In this document: in pieces, positions 53,431 through 64,000 of the stretch
How the letters are laid out: each line of letters begins with the position of its first letter
Numbering within the stretch: position 1 is the first letter of the stretch
Assembly: GCF_006345805.1 (NCBI RefSeq)
Contig: NC_043019.1
Coordinates: 31,371,360-31,435,359, forward strand
Reading direction: 5' to 3'
Origin: Octopus sinensis
Lineage: Eukaryota
Length of the DNA: 64,000 bases
The notes under the pieces: generated by a model
Databases searched by the model: none
The model's input: only the letters and a program-made list of their open reading frames with translations
What the model was told of the DNA's origin: nothing
Position numbers and translations under genes: made by a program

Positions 53431-54622
53431 ACGCAAACCGTAACATTTAGAAACATTCAAAAATTAAATGTATATGCACCATTATGACTCTATAAGCCTT
53501 GTTGGTCATGTATTCTTGTATTTGTTTCAGTCATTTGACTGCAGCCATACTGGAGCACCGCCTTTTCAGTCAAACAAATTGACCTGAGAACTTATTCTTT
53601 GTAAGCCTAGTACTTATTTTATCGGTCTCTTTTGCCAAACTGCTATGTTATGGGGATGTAAACACACCAACATCGGTTATCAAGCGATGATGCTGGGAAC
53701 AAACAGACACGCAAACATATACACATACACCAGACACTCACACACACACACGTATATATATATATATATATATAAATATATACTTGGAGTGGTTGGTGTT
53801 AGGAAAAGCATCTAGCTGTAGAAACATTGCCAGATCAGATTGGAGCCCGGTGCAACCACTGGTTTTCCAGAGCTCAGTCAAACCGTCAAACCCATGCCAG
53901 CAGGGAAAAAACGATGATGATGATGATGATGATATATGTATTTACTATTGATAGACAGACAAATAAAACACCATTTCATACATTCATGTGGAGTTTAGCT
54001 GTGGCTCTGAGCAGATTACACCTATTTCTATGTGTTTCTATTATTCTTGTAACAAACAGCTTGGTTAACGAACAGGACTCCAGGACAGATTATATTCGTA
54101 TTTACAGTCCCTGCTGTATTTTATTGTTAACGTAACAGATTGGCAAAGTTAGTACGAAGTAAAAAAAAAAAAAATGTCTTGCTGTATTTATATCATTTTG
54201 TGATCTGGGTTCAAAATCGAACTGGGATCGATTTTAACTGTCATCCTTCTAAGGTTACTAACGTCAGCATCAGTCAATCAATTGACTTTCATCCGACTCT
54301 TTTTTTAGGCTTGCATGTGGTAAGGTGTGATGTTGTAAGAATGTAAATATGAATTAATATTTCAAAGATCGTCATTGATTACTTTCTGCTTGCAGTCATG
54401 CTTAGACATGCATGCACATCGCAATATAAGTATGTGTATACATATGGGTTCATGCGTGTGTGTATATCTGTATATGTATTTGTGTGTGGGTGTAACATAT
54501 ATATACATACATGTCCACACATGTACACAGCACACACACACAAATATATATGCATATATAATTATTTTGCAATGGATGGACATATATGTCTAAGTATATA
54601 TATGAATGTGTATGTATGTGTG

Positions 54623-54683
<61 letters not shown>

Positions 54684-54922
54684 CATGCATATATGTCCTA
54701 GTATATATGTTTTGTGTGTATGTATATATATATATGTATACATGTTCTAGTCTATATATGTTTTGTGTGTATGTGTGTATATATACACACACAGACACAC
54801 ACACATATTTATATATAAAAAAACTTTTTCCATGATGTTTTTCAAAGTAGATAAAGCTGTGAATAACAATATTTAAATAATGGGTTAATAACCCCTTTTG
54901 GATGGGAAAAGTCAAAACTTAC

Positions 54923-55045
54923 CTGCGGCACCTGAAGCCACATCTCTCGTAAACATGACAGATATTCAACCATTGACTTTTGACTTCTTTTATCCAAGGA
55001 GTTTTTTAAAACATGATATTTACATTCAGTTATCCATAAATTTAT
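54923..55045 (-). CDS. Putative exon (INLWITECKYHVLKNSLDKRSQKSMVEYLSCLREMWLQVPQ); 5' boundary uncertain
   Basis: Strong donor CAG|GTAAGT, open frame ending in phase 0; weak acceptor, alternative ATG at 54973. Confidence 0.45.
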
Positions 55046-55122
55046 CTACTGCGAGTTCAACCATTAAAAACTTTTTCTTTCTTGTCTCTCAAATTTTCTT
55101 TATTCAAATCACATAAACAATG

Positions 55123-55537
55123 GCAGGAGTGGCTGTGTGGTAAGTAGCTTGTTTACCAACCACATGGTACCGGGTTCAGTCCCACTGCATGGCACCTTGG
55201 GCAAGTGTCTTCTACTATAGCCTCGGGCCGACCAAAGCTTTGTGAGTGGATTTGGTAGACGGAAACTGAAAGAAGCCCGTCGTATATATGTATATATATA
55301 TATATGTATATGTGTGTGTGCATGTATGTTTGTGTTTGTCCCCCTAGCATTGCTTGACAACCGATGCTGGTGTGTTTATTTCCCCGTCACTTAGCGGTTC
55401 GGCAAAAGAGACCGATAGAATAAGTACTGGGCTTACAAAGAATAAGTCCCGGGGTCGAGTTGCTCGATTAAAGGCGGTGCTCTAGCATGGCCACAGTCAA
55501 ATGACTGAAACAAGTAAAAGAGTAAAAGAGAAAAGAG
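55123..55537 (+). mobile_element. SINE family A, full length, young
   Basis: CpG-rich, near-identical to 13223 copy. Confidence 0.92.
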
Positions 55538-55913
55538 AGACATCTCAGAAGTAGACACCCTAATTCTTTGAAAGATTTATTTCTAAAGCCAAAAAAAAAG
55601 AATGTCATTTGATGCATTTAAATTAAATTCTTAATCTTGTATATAGTAAAAGTGCTCTGTGCAGTTTTTGATGATATAACCCCCCTATGAACATCGAATT
55701 AATGAGTAGTGTCTGCATCAATAAAATAGGATGTTTCTTTATTAATAGGCATTTTGTTTATGAGTGAAATAAATGACACTACACAAATAGGAGCAAACAA
55801 AGACACATGGATACAAACAAATATGCACTCACATACACACACATACAAACACTGACAGGCTAGCTAACATATAAATACATACAGACATCTGCACATATAT
55901 ATATATATATACA

Positions 55914-56787
55914 TACAGGGTATGGTGAATATATTGTTGTCTAAATTACACAAAAATGAAAATAACACTGACATCTCATTTTAACAGATATATTGACCAA
56001 AATTACAACAAAAATGTCCTGAAATACTAAAGAGTAAATTTATTCAATAAAATTGCCATTGGCTTCAACCATGGCCTCCAGACGACTCCAGATTCTCCTG
56101 CAATTCTTCTAGATGGTCTCCTTGATTAAGTGGGTGAATGCTGCTATAATCCTTACCTTCAGTTCATCTTTGGTGTTACAAGGAGTTTTGTTGGTCTCTC
56201 GTTCAACTGCACCCCACACGTAATAATCAAGGGGGCTGCAGTCTGGTGAGTGATGTGGTTGCAGAAATTGTCTAACAGCCATGACTAGCTTCTCCTACTT
56301 GTATAGCATGGTGCAGAGTCCTGTTACCAGACATAGGGTCTTCCACCAGCCACCCTCTTGATCCTGGGCAATACTACCTCCTCCAGGCACATGACATAGG
56401 CCTCTGTGTTGAGTGGGAGGCCATGTGGGAAGAGGAATGGAGGCATAACGTTGCCATCACTAGTGAGCACTCCAAATGCCATGATGTTGACTAGATGTTT
56501 GATTTTTATCACTCTCAGTTCATGTTTTGGGGACACAGAAAGCCAACGGTTGTTCTGTGTCTTTACTGTCTTCTTGTTTTGAAGCTTTCGGTGCAAATGC
56601 CAAGCAGTACAGCATGTCATTTCTAAATTTCTAGCAGAGTGAACTGCGTTATGGTGCTGTTTTTCTCACTGATGGTGCCCCACTGACCCTACTATACTGT
56701 GTAATCGACAAAATGAAAAACAAACAATGCACATGCATGAAATTAGACCTATATAAAATGGCAACAATTTACCCATTGCACTCTGTA
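55914..56787 (-). pseudogene. Internally deleted Tc1/mariner (maT/DD37D-style) transposon
   Basis: FGVLTSDG..MPPFLF..RPYVW*QDSAPC..SPDCSPLDYYVWG..EANGNFIE*; imperfect TIRs TACAGGGT..ATTGTTG / CAACAAT..ACTCTGTA. Confidence 0.88.
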
Positions 56788-56968
56788 TGCGTGTATATAT
56801 ATATGTACATATATATATATACTCAATTTGATGGTGCACCTGTATAGGTAATGCCGATTTGATGTGTACCCAAAAATTTGATTTCTATAAACAGATAATC
56901 TGTGTGGTTTTTTGGGAAGAAATTGTTGAACCCCCATATATCGTCTAACTATGGGGGAGTCCATTATA

Positions 56969-57008
<40 letters not shown>

Positions 57009-57176
57009 CTTTATTTAAAAGCAGCAGAAATATAACAAAAGCTGTTATTCAGAGTTTCACGTTCCTAGCTTTTGTTATATTTCTGCTGCTTTTAAATAAA
57101 GCATATTACTGTACCTCTGGTATTTGAGTACTCTTTTTTCCACCTTGTTTCACATTTACGTGCTTACTCCAGTGTA
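57009..57176. mobile_element. Short fold-back element with half-hammerhead in the spacer
   Basis: Perfect 35-bp arms 57009-57043 and 57067-57101; spacer on minus strand contains CGT-GAAAC-TCTGA-ATA-ACAG. Confidence 0.65.
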
Positions 57177-57180
57177 TGTA

Positions 57181-57255
<75 letters not shown>

Positions 57256-57271
57256 TTGTCTATCTATATAC

Positions 57272-57335
<64 letters not shown>

Positions 57336-57342
57336 TTATCTA

Positions 57343-57345
<3 letters not shown>
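57177..57345. repeat. (TATC)n tetranucleotide microsatellite
   Basis: Directly visible. Confidence 0.95.
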
Positions 57346-57384
<39 letters not shown>

Positions 57385-57485
57385 TTATTTATTTATCTAT
57401 GCATAATTATTATCCGATCACTCTATTAACAGAAAAATGCGTGCATCTTTTTCCTGACTTATGGAATTTTACATGGTTTACATGC

Positions 57486-57545
<60 letters not shown>

Positions 57546-59207
57546 AATTATGTATGTGTATATATATGTGTGTGTGTGTGTATGTATGTATGTAGGTATT
57601 TATGCATATCAGGTGTCACATAAATCGACAAGATTTTATATTAATGTTTAATATTTGATTTATACTCATGAGACACTTGATATAAGATATTTTACACACA
57701 TTGAATAACACGCAATAAAACAAAGTAGCATCAGGGCTTCTCTTTATAGACAGATATTTTTATTAGCATAGTTAAATAGACCTAGACTGTGTAGTTGTAA
57801 GCTGAGGACAAGAACTGAGGAAAGTCGCTTGGCTTTGATCTATCATAGATGTATCTTATTTTGTTGTTCTTTTATTACTTTTTATCAGTGTCTATCAATG
57901 TGTCTTTATTGGTATTGTTACCTTGTCCCTTTATTCTATATAAATACTCTGATGTTTCTTGTTATGGTCTCATTGTTTTAGCTGTACTATGCTGCTATAT
58001 ATTCATCGCTGCCATCAGTTTAACTTCTACTTTTCCATGCTAGCATGGGTTGGAAAAAATTTCTTAAACCCTTTAGCATTCATATTATTCTGTCAAAAGT
58101 AATGCTTTTTTATTCATGTTGTTTTTGAATTAACCTTGCGTAATTTTGTAGCTTTGAGATTTTGATGAGATAATTAATTAAATTTTTGGATGGCGTTGTA
58201 GGGTTAGTGTGAGAGGCCAGATTTGACCGGTTTGAGTATAAAACTAGTAGAATATTTTGGCTGGACATGACTGGTTTAAATGCTAATGGGTTTTGGTAGA
58301 TTTTCTACAGGCAGATGTCCTTCCTGTTGCAATCATAAATCCTCTCCTATTTCCAAATAAGATAATATTTCCTCTTGGCCAGACATGTTTCTGTGGAAGA
58401 TTGAAAATTAAGGATGCTATTTGCACGATGGTGATGCTTACAAGTACCACATTATGTCAAGTCAAGAAGACAGTAACACAAATACATACACATACATACA
58501 CACCAGTACATACATGCACACATACAAACACACACATTTCAATTCACCGCAGGAAAAGTTTACCACTGTCAATTCACTATGAGGTAAGTTCACCACAAGG
58601 AAAGTTTACCAAGAAAATATATTTATAGTATCTCACCATTAATACTTAAAATCTATTTTATTGAGAAAAAAAAAAACAGTGAATTGATGACGATGAACAT
58701 TCCCTGTGGTGAATTGATGACAATGAACTTACTGGACATGCACATATATGGACAGTAGAAGCACAGTTTATGAATTTAATTTGTTCCTGAAGGCCATTTG
58801 TCACTCAAAATGTTTGTAAACCAAAACTATTTTCCCCATAGAATATTCATGTGAAGGTACAGCAAATTCGAGCAGAGATGTACACAGGGCAAATGCTAGA
58901 CAGCAACTGATGCACTTTTACTAATTAATGCTCCTAGCTTGTTGCCAGCTTGTGTGTTCATTACTTGAGACACTGTTATTCATCACCTGAGATATTTCAC
59001 AGCTGCATAAAGCAATGGAAGAAGTGTGTCACCATTGGTGATGGCTATGTAGAGAAGGACTAATAATTATGCTAAGTTTCATTTATCCCAGCCCTTAGGA
59101 AGTAGGTCAGGGGAAATCTTTAATGAGCACTCCTCTTATGTTTAAAGCATTGTTTGTAAGCCAGTTTGTTTGTGATGAGAAACATTCATATACAGAGGTT
59201 TCACCAC

Positions 59208-59241
<34 letters not shown>

Positions 59242-59877
59242 CAAGCTTCTTTCAGTTTCCTTCACATAGATCTCAGGGAGATTTGGCAGAGCATAGAATG
59301 TGATAAGTTGGCCCTTTGAATAACAGGTACAACTCATTTTTGCCGGCTGAACTGTTAGGGCATCAAACAAAATCTGTAACCCATTTCCCCCAAATTTCAG
59401 ACCTCGTACCTATACCAGAAACGATAATTAATATTGTTGCTGCTGTTGGTGCTGGTGCTGGTGCTGCTGTTGTTGTTATTGTTGATCATATCAATACTAT
59501 GGCTGAGGCTGTATTGTTTACTCATATGGCAATAAAAAAACCCCAGAAAATCAGATACCATCTTATCATTATATAACTTTATGTCTTTTCTCTTCTAATC
59601 TCTTTTTCATTCACTCTCAAGATTACACAATAGTTTGATCTCAAACAAAGAATAAAATTCAAGTTATTAGCTCAAGTTACTTAGCCTCGTTGCTTGTCAG
59701 ACAATGCAAAAAAGAAAGTAATGGTGGTGATGGTGATGTATATTGTAAGATTGATAAACAGAAAAGTGAAATTATACTCTGGTTTTTTTTTTTGTTTTTT
59801 TTTGCTTTTTTACTTTATAAATACAAGAAATGGTGGTGTTGGTGATGCTGTTAGTGGGGAGAAGGATTTAGAATTAT

Positions 59878-60660
59878 TGTATTTTCTGGCATGCAATTTG
59901 AATTTTTCAGACCAATATTTACAGCCAAAAACATTGGTGGGCCTATACGCCAAGACAACTTTGGAGAGCCAAACCATCCATATTGCATGTTGCATGTGAA
60001 ATCATGTTGCATGTGGCATGCAGCAGGATTTGGAAAGATAGTGTTTGAATAGTTACGTTATATACTATGGTGACTTGTATACTGGAAAATACAGTTTGTA
60101 ATCATGAACCAACAAAGGAAACCTTTATGTGGTTGCTAGACAAGTTAGAAGTAGCAGCAAAATCTCATTCAGATTGCACCTCTCAGCTTTATATATATAC
60201 ATGTCGTATTTTCCAACATACAAGTCGAATTTTTCAGACCAAAGTTTACAACCAAAAATGTAGGTCGACTGACACACCAAAACACCTCTGGAGGACCAAA
60301 AATTCTATATGGAATTCCACAGGATTTGAAAAGATAGTGTTGATGTCTGAATGTTTACACTACATTTTTTACACTGTATACTACATCGACTTGTATTCCA
60401 GAAAGTTTGAAATCAATGTATAAACCAATGAAAGAAAACTCTATATGGTCACTAGACCTGTTAGAAATAGCTGCTAAATCTCTTTCAAATTGTACCCTTC
60501 AGTCTAATATATGTACATACCACATTTTCTGGCACACAAATCGAATTTTTCAGATTGAAATTTACAATAAAAAAAGTAGGTCGACTTATACACCAAGACA
60601 TCTTTGGAGGACCAAAAATTTCATGCTGCACGTGAAATGTAGTGATGATATTTGATTGTT
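59878..60660. repeat. ~320-bp tandem triplication of a MITE-end plus SINE-fragment composite
   Basis: tatttt(c)..gaatttttcaga..acaa..aaaa..ggtcgact..tggagga recurs at about 59878, 60203 and 60520. Confidence 0.75.
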
Positions 60661-60802
60661 TAAACTTCATTGTCTTCATTATGTAAAATGTTGATTTGTA
60701 TGCCAGAAAATATGGAAGGTCAAGTGAATGGACTGATAACTTAAGATTGTTGGTTAGTAACAAAATTATCAAATTGTAGCTAAACAGGTTAGTAAAAGCA
60801 TT

Positions 60803-61128
60803 GTTAGCTAGACAGAAGTTACTAATGATATAGCTAGATATAGCTAACTTACCAGAAGTTATCAAGAACATCGTTAGCCAGACTGAGGTTACTCTGATCA
60901 TGGCTAACTAGACAGAGATTATCAAAAATATGATTAATTGGATAAAAGTTACCAGTGACATGGTTAGCAAGGCAAAGGTTATTAATAACATTGTGAGCTA
61001 GACAGAGGTTACTCAGAACATGATTAGCCAGACAGAGGTTACCAAGAACATAGCTTGCTAGACAGAGGTTACTAAGTATCTAGTGAGTTAGGCAGAGATC
61101 ACCCAGAATATGATTAGCTAGAAAGATA
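60803..61128. repeat. 30-bp minisatellite, about 10.5 units (gttagctagacagaggttaccaagaacatg)
   Basis: Exact 30-nt period from 60843 to 61112. Confidence 0.9.
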
Positions 61129-61239
61129 TATTTAAACTTAATTATATGCATGAAAAATGGGAATTTTTTTAATAAGATAGTTTTAAAAATTCACTTATTT
61201 GTATACATTTATTGTATTTTTTACCTTCCATATTTAAAT

Positions 61240-61338
61240 TTTTTTGTTCTCTTTTTCTCTTTTTAGGTAAGTTGAAACAATTTTTGCTGTTTATGACAGA
61301 GAATTTCCAAGTGGAATATCTTACATTATAAGGTACAA
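61240..61338 (+). other. Acceptor immediately followed by GTAAGT (recursive-splice-site-like) and a 66-nt exon-like segment
   Basis: Long pyrimidine tract..TAG|GTAAGT at 61265-61272; second donor AG|GTACAA at 61333. Confidence 0.4.
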
Positions 61339-62104
61339 GTCAAATCACATAAACTTTTATTATTTTTTGACATACTATTTTATATTTTGGTTTTTATTAA
61401 GTTTCTGAAATATGTATCAGACCTCATACTTTTAGGCATCAAAGTGCAGTTCCTGGAAGGGTTTGGTAAATCCAATTGGTATGAGGTGTGAAGAATGCAA
61501 CATTTTGGGTGCTTGTTCTTCATCTTTGAGTGTGAAGGTTGGAAGCAGAAAATAGCATTATTGCTTCTATTTTCTAATCACCTTGTCATATGGATTTCTC
61601 TGAGATGGATGGCAGGGAGGGAAGAAGGTATCTACCACCTGATGATCCAATTCAAATATTTGCAAAAGCATAGTCTTAATTAAAGACACCTAAGGACCAG
61701 TTGATGTTGTTAAACCAAGCAAAGGTTAACAAGTCTAATACCAGGAGTGTTCATGTGTTAAATAGCAATAGTTATGTGGTAAGATATAAAGATAGGAAGA
61801 CAGTTGAGTTAGTGTTAACGTATTTAATGTTAAGATCATTGGTAAGTCATCTATATAGATTTATGTGATGTGATACTGATAGATAGGTTGTGTCTTCCAC
61901 CCATGTAATTATCATCAGTGTCATCTGTGGACATTATTGCCTTGAGTCACCCTAGGACTCATAGGGCTGATTATCCAATTTCCATGGTGTATAAGTGATG
62001 AAGATCATAACATCACCCTGAATGGGATGCCGATTGGGCACAGGGATATTCATTTATAGCTTAGTGGTCTGGGTGCAATGTTGTGTGACATGATGTATCA
62101 CAGT

Positions 62105-62305
62105 GGGCTAAACACAAAGGGGACAAACAAAGGGATTACATCGATTACATTGACCCCAGTGCGTAACTGGTACTTAATTTATTGACCCCGAAAGGATGAA
62201 AGGCAAAGTCGACCTCGGCAGAATTCAAACTCAGAACATAAAGACAGACAAAATACCACTAAGCATTTCACCGGGCATGCTAACGTTTCTGCCAGCTTGC
62301 CGCCT
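62105..62305 (-). mobile_element. SINE family B
   Basis: gaaaggatgaaaggcaaagtcgacctcggc..aactcagaac..tgctaacgtttctgccagct. Confidence 0.88.
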
Positions 62306-63009
62306 AGTCCTGGAAGTGAAACCATGACTATATGACCATGAGAGCAACACCCTAAACACTTGGCCACATGCTTTCACTCCACACATATGAGCTACAGTGG
62401 AATTTGAACTCGAAATGCAAAGGATGGGAATAAATACCAGCAGGCACCATGATGATGCTTTACCAATTCACTTCCCAGTATCATTATTCATTGATCCCAG
62501 AATGACAAAGCATAAAGCTGAGCTTGCCATAGTTTGAACTCAGAAAGCAAGGCATTTCCTCTGATGCTCTAATGACTCTGCAAGTTTACTGACACTTGGG
62601 TGGTGGGCTAAGAAGGAAATGGAGGAACTGAAAGGTCCTTGATAAGCAATGTTTAAGGATGATGAGTGAAACTCCCACATTTCCAGAGGTGAATTATTCA
62701 AACTCCAAAGAATTCCTCTCAATACATGGCTATGGTGCTCCCCTATGTCTTCTGCTTGTGATCAGAGATGCACATATCATCAACCATTAAGGGACATGCT
62801 CAACTGGTTAAAGTCAAGCAAATGACATGCAAATCTGCAGTATTGAGCAGAATATTTGCTTTAGCAAATATTCTGCTCGTGTTTTCTCTTTTACACCAAG
62901 AGAAAAACATTTACATGGTAACAATTTCAATCAGTCAAGATCAGAAGCCATGGAAGCCACTGCCTGATACTGCATCAGTGCATTTATCATCATCATCATC
63001 ACCATCACC

Positions 63010-63045
<36 letters not shown>

Positions 63046-63799
63046 TTCAAAATGTATTTTTACATATGTGTGAATGCATGTCCTTATCGTCATCTCATCA
63101 ACATCCACATCCTCATCATCATTAGATCAACATTACCATCATCTTTATCATTACCATTACCATCATTATCATCATCATTACTATATTTTAGCTTAGTTCA
63201 CCTTTGCAAAAAAAAAGAAGAAAAAAACTAAAAACAAAAAGAAAGCCATACATTCTACCATTGTTCCCTTGAAATGCAAAAAAAATCTTTTATGTTGTGA
63301 AATTTTTTTTCCCTTTGATAAAATTATGTGCACATTTCATCCCTTCATAAGACAACTAACATTTTATATGTATTTCACATTCATACAAGGCAACTAATAT
63401 GTTATGCATACATTATTTTCTTTTGTGTATTGGTTGCAAACTGTCTTTGTGCATGTACATATGCACAACTTAGAGGGAATAGCACATTATCTCACTCGTT
63501 TAAGCAGCAGAGCTTCTGTATAACTGGTGAATAATCTCTCTAATTAAGCCAGTATTAACATATTTAATGTAGGGAGCTTTGTTGAACAAACTAGAAATAA
63601 TTACATGGTGTGATGAGTAGACTGAAATAGTGTTAAGTAGGCGTGTGACACTGTATTTAACAAAGGGGTAACTGACAAACAATGGAGAAATAATAGTGGT
63701 GAGATTGCTTGATAAATAGACAGGGAAATAGTTAGGATAGAGTTAACAAGTCTAATGCAATGAGTTGAGTAGAAATAGTTATCTGGTAAGACATAAAAA

Positions 63800-64000
63800 A
63801 GGGTAAAGACCCCTTTCGGTCATGAATAATCATAGGATTGCATCTAGGAAGTTCCCCTCTGAGGTACAATTTTGGGCAGGGTTCTTTTATGGAAAACCAG
63901 CAATCACCCATGCACACCAGTTTCCCCTCTCTCTCCATACCAGCGATGTTATCCAAGGGAAAGGCAAAGGCTGATACAGCTTGATACCAGTGATGTTGCA
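63800..64000 (-). mobile_element. SINE family C, 3' part (truncated by window edge)
   Basis: Reverse complement of 2860-3070. Confidence 0.75.

Noticed and set aside
58553-58583. Exon-like CAG|..GAG|GTAAGT
   Set aside because: It lies inside an internally repetitive inverted-repeat element (58539-58615 vs 58677-58735), so the signals probably come from the repeat.
60067-60655. Two paralogous ORFs (118 and 82 aa)
   Set aside because: They follow the tandem MITE/SINE composite; the same peptide appears from the MITE end at 17202-17459.
60803-61128. CRISPR-like periodicity
   Set aside because: Contiguous 30-bp units with no unique spacers, in a eukaryotic context.

Overview
AT-rich eukaryotic genomic DNA, almost certainly an octopod cephalopod (inferred from the SINE families and the extreme microsatellite load). 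Most of the window is repeats: (TA)n/(CA)n/(CAT)n/(AAT)n/(CT)n/(GATA)n tracts, three tRNA-headed SINE families, RTE-type and R4/Dong-type LINE fragments, two decayed Tc1/mariner transposases and several MITEs. Nearly all supplied ORFs are translations of these repeats. No intact recognisable gene, rRNA, true tRNA or CRISPR array was seen. A phase-compatible chain of six small minus-strand exons (55045 to 39818) suggests an unidentified spliced gene, and weaker plus-strand exon signals occur at 16.7-17.6 kb and 59.6-61.3 kb. The main discovery is a set of type-I hammerhead ribozyme motifs in at least five unrelated short elements, typically lodged in or beside TA-rich microsatellites and typical of Penelope-like or retrozyme repeats. 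Three of these elements are fold-back palindromes. The largest is a ~760-bp hairpin (43034-43795) with a hammerhead on each strand, each preceded by its own antisense copy. All structures were read by eye; nothing was folded or searched computationally.
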